Positions 25,408-36,716 of a stretch of 64,000 nt of DNA are shown here, in pieces. Below the pieces are notes generated by a model that was not told the DNA's origin, searched no databases, and saw only the letters and a list, made by a program, of their open reading frames with translations. The stretch's first letter is position 1. Each line of letters starts with the position of its first letter. Position numbers and translations under genes: made by a program. The stretch covers positions 46,626,001 through 46,690,000 of the forward strand of contig NW_024704743.1 of assembly GCF_018977255.1 (NCBI RefSeq), given 5' to 3'. The DNA comes from Callorhinchus milii (Eukaryota).

Positions 25408-27078
25408 TCGCTTCCACATGGGATAATAATATTAGGCCTGTTGGGGGGAGGGGGTGGGGAAGAGAGTGGGTACATTCGAAGGTAAAGTTCCGAAGGACCT
25501 CCTTCATCCATCCAGACCAATTTGGCAATCTTGTGAAAGTCCTTATCACGGAAGAATTTTGCTTAAAAGTAGTGTTCTCCTTTAAACGCATGTTTTAAAC
25601 AATGAGATAATGTTTTCATTTGGCCAGGTTATGCACTGGATTTTGTGAGTCAATATCTGAAGGAATATGACCCTTGTGGACACGTTCTGTTACTAATCAG
25701 AGTTTTGTTGAACTGCAGAGATGCTGAGAGCAGCAGCTGGGCCACCTATCACTATATAATTATCCTGCTCTCCCTCTGCTCCAAAAAGAATGAGATGCTA
25801 TTTAGTTTTACCATCAATAATAATCATAATTAAAAAGTGCATATCCTGTACAGAACCAGAAGTAATAATGTACTTTTATTTTCCACATTGTTAATCAGTG
25901 CAAGTAATGGTCTTTAACTATCTAATTAGGGAATTAGAAAATGTCCAACCATTTGCGAACTTGTAATGCCCTGATAGCTCACTGGGGGTGAACAGGCAGT
26001 CGGCCAAAAGATATCCCAGTAGTTTGCATTATAAGAATGTGAATGACTGTGTCATTCAGCAGGATGGCAACTGCTTGTCATTTTGACAGTGAAGTGAATG
26101 GTTCCAGATTCAGTTTCTCCTTCGACTGGTAACTTGACAGCCCTATGCAACGGTGAAAATGGATGCAATTGACTTAAGGCCATGAGATGCCTCCTCTCCT
26201 TTTTTCTGGATGTAATAAATGTTGTGAAATGCATGAGAGTGGGGAACAAAACCCTATTGCATTTTTGAGAAGTGTTCTATTTTCTTGACAATGATCAGGT
26301 ATTGTGATGTTAAAGAAGGAAGGTCTTTTCTGTATTTGCAGTCAATTTGTGCACAGTAATGTCTCACAAACAACCATGAAGTGAATGATCAATTAATCTA
26401 GAGAGTTGCTGGCCTATAAAGGAACATTGCCAAACATGGGTCAACTTTAAACTAGAAAATGAAATAAGAAACACTGGAAATCAACAACAGTCGAGTTGGC
26501 CTAATGTTCCAAATGTAGGTCATTAACCAGAGCCTGCTGGACCACATACTTGTGTGGATGTCAACTGAGGACAGGATGAGGCATACAAGTACGTGGGCCT
26601 CACCAGTGATTGAAAAGTCTGGCAGAATCTCAAGGATTTTACATGAAGCTACTTGGTGACCACACTGCAGTCAATAGAATCGTACCCAGGTAGCCTTTAG
26701 GAGAGGCAGGGGTGAAGGGGAGAAATTCAAAGGGGGAAAGGGGGATGGTGGGAGTGGTCTAAACAAACAGGAAGGAAAGTCTCCAAATCAGTATGTGTGC
26801 ATTACAGAACTTGCAATTGCAGATAGGAAAATGCAGAATCGGAAAAGATTCTGATTGACTGCGAATACAGAAAAGACTTTCCTTCATTAACAATCCAATC
26901 CAAAGGCTGTGTAATTGTATAGTTTGGAGCACAGCTCCAGCAACGGTTGGTTGACCAGTTTTCATCTGGACTCATGCTTCTTGTCAATGTATTGTTTTTA
27001 CTCGTGCCTCTTGGCATATGTGAAAATGTTTGCAAGAAGTAGGATAAAAATGGGGTGGGCTAATGGGATAATTAGCTA

Positions 27079-27260
27079 GAGTCCCTGGAGTAGTGGTTAG
27101 TGCATTTGCCTTGCAAGCGAGAGGACCCAGGTTCTATTCTTGGGCAGGGCAAAACCTTAGGCAGGTGTCCTTACTCCACATGCCTCTGTTTACCTAGCAG
27201 TAATTTGGAACCTGGTTGTTAGTCTTTTGGTAGATTCCTTTCCGGAGGTAATAATCCATC
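27079..27260 (+). mobile_element. Young tRNA-headed SINE, 5' half only
   Basis: Head plus middle ccttactccacatgcctctgtttacctagcagtaa...ggaacctggttgttagtc...taataatcc; no tail. Confidence 0.85.
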
Positions 27261-29347
27261 CAAAGAGAAAGCAAGAAAAACAATTCAAATCTTAATATAA
27301 GACCTGAAATTTACCAAATAAAATTATTTGCTTCAGAGTCACTAAATGACTCTTCGATCACACCTATGTTCCCCTTCCCCTCTACCCTTCCTTTCCCCTC
27401 CTTAGTTTCCAAACACGACAGCAGAAACTCAGTAAGCATCCTCATCCCCACCTGGACAGGTGCCAATCACAATAAGGGCATCGGAGTGGAGGGTTGGGTC
27501 TTTAACACATGCTGATCATTAACAACCTAACTTTTTGTTACCTGTTTATAATAAATTTCCCATTCTAAATCCGGATGGGTTATTGGACAGCTGGTGTTCG
27601 ATCCCACTGCATGGAGCCAGCCTCATCCTCTCAGGGAGGAAAGAAGTAAAATCAATGGGCAGCTTGTTGCATAAGTGACATGAATACAATGGGTTGAATG
27701 GCTCCCTACTGCTCTGCTCGTGATCTTCCTTGGTAGATTTCTGTGGGTCTATCGATCAATCTGGGCTGCTCTTAGGCTCCCCCTAGTGTGAGGCTAAAGT
27801 GCAATATTCACAAAGAACCTCCTAGCAAGTTTCCTTGCCTGTGCTTCTTGACAGAGAAACGCCATGTAGCACAAGACGGTGCAAAATAGGAGGAACACAA
27901 TCTGAGGGGAGTAAAAAATTCTGAGTGGAGTAAAACAAAACTTATATTTGATCAATAATAGCTCCTGCATCTTTGCTTTGACTGCTAGATGATATGACCC
28001 GAGAGAAGCTACAGGTTTGAAATGATTGTAACCTGCAGACAGGCCTCAGATTAACTGCTTGAAGTGATGCTGAATTTACATGGAGGCAATTAAACTAATG
28101 AAGAAGATTGCTCCATACTTCCAAACAGAGACCTATAATAACTGACTTTGCAGGTTTCATTTTAATTCTCCATTAACAAATATAAATTACACACTGATCT
28201 AGAGCGTGACGATAGACAGAGAGTCAACAGAGAGTAATTACAACAAATTTATGTTTATTATTAACGGCCTTAAAATCATTTACAAGTAAGAAGAGAATTC
28301 AACTTCAGAGACTATTCCTGCACTAATCTGTTATTTATTCAATTTATGCAAAACATGATAGATAGGAACATCATCACAATGATTTGCTTTGTTTCAATGT
28401 TAATAATTTAATAGTAATAATAACTGTAGAGTGATACTGTCCTGCGCTGTTTACAATTCCACCTGGACCAGGACTGCAAATAAACCAAAATGCCAAATAA
28501 GTGTGACAGCACTATATTGAAGGGCATTATAAAAAGGTTCCCCTGTATTAACAGTCTGTGACCAAATTAACTGAGAGCTCCACGACCTACCTCATGCGAA
28601 GAACAAAAACCAGAATGGAATGAATGGCTCGTTTCCATGCTGTGATTTTAAGTAATTCCCTTTGTTTTCTCCAAAATGAGAGTATTTCACTATCCCATGT
28701 TTTTAACAGTACTATTAAGAACCATTTATCCTTTGAGAAGATAGACATTGAGTATTGATACAGAGGAATCCTGCTGTAGTGGCCTTCAATATAGCGTAGC
28801 TTTGCTTATAAGTTGGGAAGTTAATGGACCCGACATTTTGTGGAATCAAGGTATGAATTGCCATTGTCGTAAGAATAGTACAACAGTTCACACTGGTATA
28901 GCTGCAAACACTGGATAGAATCCAGAGAGGATAACAATATGGTTTAGATCATGGAGCTGTTTGGAGAGGCTTTGGAAATTCAATCTATTCTCACTGAGAA
29001 ATGACATTTAAGGAGAAATGTGATCCAAGTTTTTAAAATAACAAAAAGTAACATGAAGGCACAAGTCTATTCTGTGCAAACCTTGTGCTACATGGCTGCT
29101 GTTAAGATCATCTTGCAAGTGGTGCTATATTATTCATACTTGCATCTGATAAGCGCCTCATTGTGTCGAAACAGCTCAAAGCATTTTGCACAATGAGTTC
29201 CTTTGAGGTGTAAGGTATGTAGGCAAACAAGACAGCTCATCTATACTAGAGATGATATAAATGATTACATTTGATTCAGAGAGGAATGTTGACCAAGACA
29301 TTGGGAGAGCTCCCAGCTCTACTTTGAAATAGCCCTATGGGATCTTT

Positions 29348-29611
29348 AATAATAATAAACCTTGCATTTGATATAGCGCCTTATCATGTCATTGAGCTGT
29401 CTCAAAGCACTTCACAGAATGTATTGTAAAGTGGATTGATTGTGTATTTTGTGGGTGAAATGCGTCACCCAGTTACACAGAGCAGTGTCCCACAAACATT
29501 GATGGAAACAGAGGCATGGGGAGTAAGGAAATTTGGCTAAGGTTTTGCTCCATCCAGGAATTGAACCTGGAGCCTCTCACTTGTGAGGAAACAACTATGC
29601 TACGGAACTCC
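29348..29611 (-). mobile_element. Young tRNA-headed SINE with internal deletion, inserted into an older Deu-type SINE (~29140-29347)
   Basis: Tail aataataataaaccttgcatttgatatagcgcc, middle aacagaggcatgggagtaaggaaa, head gctacggaactcc. Confidence 0.83.
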
Positions 29612-30887
29612 ACATGTATCTGAACCACTAGATCAGGATCTTGGATTAGGGTCTTTGTGTAGGACTATGACATTTATAGAGCTGGTCTCAAAGAGATCCC
29701 AGGGGTAGGATTTTGTCAATGTGTGACTTGTTCTTTCTTTTATAAGAGAAGAACTTAATGCCATTAGCTGCCCCTATCAACCTCTAAAGCGCTCCGGGAC
29801 ACTATCCCGCATGAAGTGCACTATATAAATGGAGATTTTTGTTGTTATCAACAAAACAGCCAGTCAAGGCGACATTGGCACAAAATACAAAACGAACAGA
29901 GAGAAAAAAAAATACCTGCATATACCTGCAGGATGTGATTTGTTTAAAAAAGGTCACTGAGCAGAATGTAGTTTTTGGGTGATGCAGTGGAATGTGGTTG
30001 TAGTCTGTCCTTAGTCCAAAAAACACATCTCAGATAATAATCTGTAATTACATCCTTACGGTTTGTGAAGGGGACATAGCTCCATGTTCTGCAGGCATCC
30101 AGTGTCTAATTACACAGTCCAGGAGAAATTAAGCCTGGGAAGACACGGTGTAGTTAAACTCTTCTCTTTAACAGCTGCTCTGCTAATGTCATCCTGAGAT
30201 GCCAGACCTAAGCCATGTCAACCATACATTTTTATGAGATTACATGCATAAACATCCCTAAAGACATGTGACAACCAGGATATGACTCTCCAAAGATAGG
30301 ATTTCCTTTTGACTTTCAGATATTTCTGCATCCGGGGGAACCCCATTATAGTGCCCTTCAGTAGAGTGCTACCTGACGTAGAGCATGAGTCTCCTGTGGA
30401 CTCGAGGTATATGAAAGTGTAGTACTCTGGCTTCTAGCAATCACTAGCTGGCTTCTCATGCTAAAATGTGTATGAATTCCTGGATGTCAGGTCGTTACTT
30501 CCTTCTCATTGCATGTGTGCACAGAAAGTGTTGCTGACTTCTTGCATCACACTGTGCAGGAAGCACCACTATGTCATTTGATAATGGAAGTGATGCCAGC
30601 AGCACATCTCATACATAGCATCCACGCACAGCGTGCAGAAAATGACTTCAACATCAAACTGATGGAAGTCGGACATTTTTTCAGTGCTCTTTTTGTTCTG
30701 GAATAATTTGGAGAAAAGTTACAGAATAAGTCCTGAACCTAAAATATATTATATAGTCTTATATTTCTGCTTCCGTTTTTCAATCCTGTACGATATTATT
30801 GATTTATTGTATCAGTTTTTAAAATATCCTTTGCTGTTCTCAAGTGTGAGCTGAGAAATAACTGATGTGATGCTCTATGCCTTTCAG

Positions 30888-30968
30888 TACATGACAGCTG
30901 CAGCACCTATGCAAGGGACCTACATTCCCCAGTACACTCCTGTGCCTCCAGCAGCGGTGCCTGTTGAA
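30888..30968 (+). CDS. RBMS3: RBMS3 internal coding exon (81 nt, phase 0/0): YMTAAAPMQGTYIPQYTPVPPAAVPVE
   Basis: Acceptor ctatgcctttcag, donor gtaagt; in frame with the previous exon; matches recalled RBMS3 YMTAAAPMQGTYIPQYTPVPPTAVSIE. Confidence 0.95.
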
Positions 30969-31679
30969 GTAAGTACATTGTACATCGAATAATCTGTCCG
31001 AAGGTCTGAAATCACATGGTCTGAGCCTTAGGATCATTGGCTTCAAATTTAAGATGGTGAAGAATTTTGAAAAAATTAAGTTCAATCGTAATTTAGTAGC
31101 TGTTTTTCCACTGTTTTTTTAAATTTTCAGAATTATGACTGAATTTAAGAATCTCTGTTCAGTCTTAAACGTTAAGAAAGGGGTATTTTTGTCCTCAATA
31201 TTGCTTGCCTGGATTGTGGAGCGTTGCTTGATTCAAATGTTTATGTTTCTGGTCTTTCACCGTAATTAACCCTTAGAGTCCTTGCAGATCTATGGAGATC
31301 TGAGTTATCAACCTCTCCCTTTCTGTGCAATCCCTTTTTCTTGCCTCTTGTTAAATTCTTGTCATCCACCCCTGGGGAGCCAAGGAGCTGACCTGCTCTC
31401 ACGCATACTTTCCAGTCTTTGGCTGCTAGAAGGGGCCTGAGAGCAGCCTGTGATGTTTTGCTGCCTGGTTTTCCCTCTGTCCCTGTTGTCTCTTTGGCCT
31501 CCAGTGAGATTTGTTATTAGTAAAAGGGTGAGAAGTGTAAGGAACAAATTACTTGTACAGTTCGGATTTCAAAAAGGAACTAAATACATTTCTGGAAATT
31601 AAAATAATTCAGGTTATTAGATGATGAGATAGAATATATTTTGGGAACTTGGATGAGTAAGCTGGATGGAATAATGGTA

Positions 31680-31935
31680 TCCCATACTCTGCACTCCACC
31701 ATTGATGGCCGAGTTTCAGATAATACGGCCCTAAGCTCTGGAACTCCCTCTCTATCCCTCACCATCTCATTGCTCTGTGTCTGTAAACTTCACCTTAAAA
31801 CTTTGACCATGCCTATGGTCACCTCCTCCTTCTCCTCTACATTCTCCCTCGCTCAGCATCCACCCATCATTGTAAAGCACTCCAAGATATTAACCTACAC
31901 AAAGGCCACTACATAAATGCAAGTTGTTATTGTTG
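31680..31935 (+). mobile_element. L2 3' fragment
   Basis: ccaccattgatggccgag...ctctggaactccctc...tataaatgcaagttgttattgttg-like tail. Confidence 0.72.
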
Positions 31936-32148
31936 TATGTATTGGAGAGTGATGGATGTAAAATCTTAATTGAAAACATAGGATAAACAAACAAAGAAGA
32001 ATGTTCTCTTTAGTGAGTACAAGATGGGGTCTGGTGCCAGTGGAACCATACCCCAGGGGAAGGTGAACAAAGACAGGCAACAAAATGGAGGGGAGAAACA
32101 TTGACAAAAAAACATGGTTCGTTGGACAGAATGAGCTGAGGGGAAATA

Positions 32149-32513
32149 TTAATAATCCTTGCATTTGATAGTGCAATGTGTCAGCACTTGTAGGCAAATG
32201 CGGAAGCCAATTTTCACATAGCAAGCTTTCACAAACAGCCAGCAAGTGAATGATCAATTTATCAAGACAATTGAGGATTGATATAATGGAAGAAACTCCA
32301 TTTACTTTCCAAATAGTACCATGGCATCTTTAACATCCACCTAAGCAAGCAGAACCTTGGTTTGACATCTCATCTGAGAGATGGCTTCTCCAACAATCCA
32401 GCACTCCCCCAGCCTAGCCTGTGAGCTCACGTAAACTCAAGTCCCGATGTGGGGCTTGAACCCACAACTTTCTCACCCAAAGATGAGAGTACTACCAACT
32501 GAGCCAAGCTGCC
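32149..32513 (-). mobile_element. Deu-type SINE, full length, ending ~115 nt before the penultimate exon
   Basis: Minus-strand head cagcttggctcagttggtagtactctc...gttgtgggttcaagcccc with A and B boxes, Deu-like body, tail atgcaaggattatt. Confidence 0.82.
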
Positions 32514-32628
32514 ATGAAATGGTTTTCATTCCATGGATTCTTATGTTCTGACAGAATGCGCTGAGTGGCACATTAACAGAAAATGTGAGTGGAGGTCTTA
32601 TTTAGATCTGCTTCCTTCCTAACTTCAG

Positions 32629-32756
32629 GGTGTTGTTGCTGATACCTCCCCACAGACAGTAGCGCCTTCATCACAGGAAGCCAGTGGTCAACAACAACAG
32701 ATACCAGTGGAAACAACCAATGAACACGCGCCTACCTATTCTTACCAACAAGCTAA
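32629..32756 (+). CDS. RBMS3: RBMS3 penultimate exon (128 nt, phase 0/2): GVVADTSPQTVAPSSQEASGQQQQIPVETTNEHAPTYSYQQA(K)
   Basis: Acceptor cttccttcctaacttcag, donor gtaagt at 32757; matches recalled RBMS3 GVVADTSPQTVAPSSQDTSGQQQQIAVDTSNEHAPAYSYQQSK. Confidence 0.95.
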
Positions 32757-32889
32757 GTAAGTGTTGCATTTAGTGGCATCAGAAACAATAACCATTCCCT
32801 GAGTAACTGGGCACTCTCTCAGACTGCAACCTCCAACATTAGCTGGGACAGGGTCTGAAGCCCATAAGACAGAAGATGAACAGGCTTTT

Positions 32890-33460
32890 CCGATTTAATT
32901 ACTTTGCACAGAGAGTGGTGAATATCCAGGGAGATAATGGAGGCAGATTCTGTCAGAGAAGAGAAGATTAGATTGTCGTTTGACTTAGAATTCAATTGAG
33001 GTGTAGGAGAGGTAGAATATGAGAGATAGTACGAGAGATTGGGTTGTTAGGAGGTGGAATACTCTACATGGAACCATGGCTAAGCCAGAATCCATATAAG
33101 CTTTTAAGAGGGAATTAGATAAATATCTGAAAAGGAGAGGTTATGAAAGGATATAAGGAAAGAGAATGAGGCTAAACAGATTTTCTTTCAGAGACCCCAT
33201 GCGGGCACGATTGATGGATGGCATTCTTCTGGGCTGTAAATGACTATGGTTCTATAGCAGGATACTTTATTTTACAATGCAATACAATGCAATTTACACT
33301 TATATAGTGACAGAACGAGGTCCCAAAGTGCTTGACAATTCTGTCTGGGCACTGGAGCTGAGGGTGAGAGCTGAATGTGCTGTCAAAGAGGTAGGTTTTG
33401 AGGTGTACCGTAAAAGAGGGGAGGGAGGGAGCATGTTGGAGGGATCTGGGAATAGAGTAT
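32890..33460. mobile_element. Degenerate CR1 3' fragments (+) followed by an L2 3' fragment (-)
   Basis: cacagagagtggtgaatatc and ttttaagagggaattagataaatatctgaa (CR1-like); minus-strand SIPRSLQHAPSLPSFTVHLKTYLF (L2). Confidence 0.6.
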
Positions 33461-35256
33461 TTATTTAAAAAATAAACTTGGGAACCAGCCAGATCGATCA
33501 CAATGCCTTTCTCCAGTCCTGTACTTTTCTGTGTTACTATGGATAATCGCCATCCAAGGTCCAGTATATAAACCACTACCCACACTTTCATTTCAAGGCT
33601 TAAATCCAGCCATGCTTTGTCTGTAATGGACAAGGGGAAATAATGCATTCTTCAGTATTTGACAATTTAAACATGAGATTAACAATTTCTTGTTGAGAAG
33701 TTGCTAAGAAATATCACAAATTAGACCCCATAAATTTGTCTCCATATTCTAAGAATAACAAGTATTGCTATTAATGATCATTCCATCATGCACCTCTCAA
33801 CTGGATTTATAAATGAGGAAAAGAGTCTTGAAAGTACTTTGCCTTTATCATCCTGTCCCTTTACTCTAGAAGGAATATGCATTGTTTAGTCCATTCTGAG
33901 AAGTATTCTTTTGAGCCAAAAGAGCCTTCATTTAGCTGGTGGTTCCTTATATCTAATCACTTTAATACTGCTACAATATATCTACACAGATAAAAATCAG
34001 TATTGGTTAAACATATAAATATATTTGTATGGCATATATATATAAATAACTAGTGGTGTACATCTATCTATATGCACTATGTATGTGATATGCAACTTAA
34101 ATAACAATAACTGAGAAGTGGAATACTACCATTTCCTGATTAAGTAGATTTATATTTTCCCAAAGTCTAATAACTCGGAAGAATACATCTGTCTACGTAT
34201 ATTTAGCTACTGCATATTAAACAATTGATAAATTCAGGGCACACTTAGAGGGCTGAACAGTACGGATATATTTGACTGGATGCCAACATTTCAAGCCCTT
34301 GTCTGAATATTACAAAGATCTCCATGGCCAAAGTGATTGATATCGCACTGAGCGAGTAGCTCTGACCTTTTCCACATAGGCTATCTTTTGTCACTGTATG
34401 AACTGCCGATGCGGTTCCATGCTCTAGTAGTTGATGACTCTTCCAAGAATGTAGATACAAGCTTGACTGAAGTGACAGTGAACAGGACTGAAACAGGAAT
34501 ACTAGCTTCAGAGCTGGAAATCTGTCTTGTGCTCAAAAGGGTACGAATGGGGAGAGGGAATTCTCTGTTTGGCAGACGTGTAATGTAACAGAAATTGCTA
34601 TAGTTTGTTATGAACAGAGGATTTAAGTTTAATAATGTGCACAATTGCCACTCACTCTATTGACTCCTGCTTCTCAGCTCATCAATACGAATGCTGCCAT
34701 TGATCTTCCACCAAAAGCAGAATCTCCCACAGGGTACTCTGTAATTAACATGATTATTTCACAGAAAGTCACGTCATTGGGACCGCTGGGCAAGATATCA
34801 GCAGTTTGTCAAGTCCATCTTCTTAATTTACACACTTTAGGTGATACTTGTCGATTGTGTAGTTTTAATGTATAATCTTTACTCCAGGCTGTAGAGGTAC
34901 AGTTCCCATGGGTCAGCTTGATGTACTTTTGGTTATTGAAACAAGTCTCCATTTACTCAACTTGGGTTTCTTGTTAAGGAATCCTGTTAAGAATTTCCAC
35001 AATGTGTGTGTGTGTGACAGCCAGATGAGGAGAGGTCAGGCTTAGCTGTATATTTAAGTGGCTTTTCCAGGTTCACACCTGGATAATGGCAACTTGGACA
35101 GGTTACCAGAGGGCAGCATAGCAAGAGGAGCCCAGACCAGGAGCAGAGAGTTATATGCCAGGGAGGGGAAATTAGAAAAGTAATAAATTGAACACGCTAA
35201 ACTTAAAAAAAAAGCCCCAGCCCTGCTTTAATGCAGTTGAGAGTTCATTGGTGAGC

Positions 35257-35638
35257 TAATAATAATAATCCTTGCATTTGATATAGCACTTTATATCTTC
35301 GAGACGCCTCAGAACGCTACACAGAATATACTGTAACATGAATTGACTGTATATTTTGTGTGTGAAACGCAGCAGCCAATTGCTCACAGCAGTGTCCCAC
35401 AAACAGTCGCGGATTGAAGTGACCAATTTATTATTATTATCATTATTTTTTTGAAGGGATTATTATCCCTGGAAAAGCAATCTGCCAATCGACTAACAAC
35501 CAGGTTCCTACTTACTGCTAGGTAAACAGAGGCATGTGGAGTAAGAAAACTTGCCCAACGTTTCATCCTGCCCAGGAATCAAACCCAGGTTCTCTCGCTC
35601 GCGAGATAAGTGCTCTAACCACTAAGATACAGGACTCC
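35257..35638 (-). mobile_element. Young tRNA-headed SINE, full length
   Basis: Complete head (ggagtcctgtatcttagtggttagagcac on the minus strand), middle and (ATT)n tail. Confidence 0.9.
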
Positions 35639-36709
35639 ATGATAATAGCACCTTCCGTCGGGTGGATGTCTCGAAGCACTTCACAGAATTTACTGTAAAG
35701 TGTAGTGACTGTGTATTTTGTGAACACGTCAGCCAATTTGCGCACAGCAACGTTCCACAATCTGTAAAGTTTTATCAATAAAATAATAATAATCCTTGCC
35801 TTATTAGGTCATCGAGAAGTCCAAAGCACTTCATAGGATGGATGCATCTTTAATAGACTGTTCATACAGCAATTCTGCCTATGCCAATTAACTTGACTCG
35901 ACTCAACTAACCACAAAGTTACATTGAATTCCCATTGAAATTCCAAGGATTGGATAATTGTATTCTAACCACGATGCCTCATATTCCCCTCTGCCAGGAT
36001 GAGACATTAAGAAAGGCAGTGCACTTAGTTTTATAATAGACAGTTACTTGAGAACCTTGCAATTGGAGCATTCTGCAAATAGATCAAAATTCAAGAGGTT
36101 TAACTTAACACTTAGATAGGAATCCTGTTAGATCATTGCATTCTGTTCAGTTGCTGCATAATTCTGCAGCTTGTGCCGTTTCATCTTCTAACTCCTAGGT
36201 GGGCAAACCTTTCTTTGGTGTGTTTTACTCTTCAATGTGGGTGCAGTGTAATGTTGTTTGCGTGTCCCTCTTTTATTCTCTCTTTCCCTAATTGTCTGTC
36301 TGTGACTATCTGTGTGGGTGGGTCTCTCTCTGCAACTCTTAACCGTCTTTGTATCTCTGTGACTGTATAATTCTCTCTCCCTTTTTTTATGTGTGTATGT
36401 GTAAGCTTGTGTTTTTTATCTGTGCTGACCCACATCTTGTTCTTATCTGGTGCTGCCAGTTCACCTTCTCTGCATTAAAATCCTGATCCTGGACATCTTG
36501 TATGTATGTGCGCAACTGAAACAAATTCCCAACATCACATTCCAGATTGACTTGTGTGTTGGTCCCCTGCAGGTAGCCAGCTTGTAGATATTGCGTGATC
36601 TACTATACACTTCTTTTGGAAATTTTAAATGTTGAATCTTTATTCTCTTGACTATTCTGTACCAACACATGGGATCTGATCTTATTTCTCCATTTATTTT
36701 CCCCCACAG

Positions 36710-36716
36710 ACAGTAA
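36710..36716 (+). CDS. RBMS3: Coding part of the RBMS3 terminal exon (AA|A CAG TAA = K-Q-stop)
   Basis: Strong acceptor tttattttcccccacag. Joining it to the phase-2 donor gives ...QQAKQ*, analogous to the recalled mammalian ...QQSKP*. A/U-tract-rich UTR-like sequence follows. Confidence 0.8.

Noticed and set aside
24349..30887. Equivalent of the 16-aa IQSQDRIMILHQLLCQ segment recalled from a human RBMS3 isoform
   Set aside because: No in-frame exon found by eye. An SKDRI look-alike near 30289-30303 has no splice sites and hits a stop, and the acceptor at 30319 leads to an in-frame TAG.
34388..34588. 66-aa ORF as an extended RBMS3 C-terminus
   Set aside because: Out of frame with the phase-2 donor when spliced to the 34380 acceptor.
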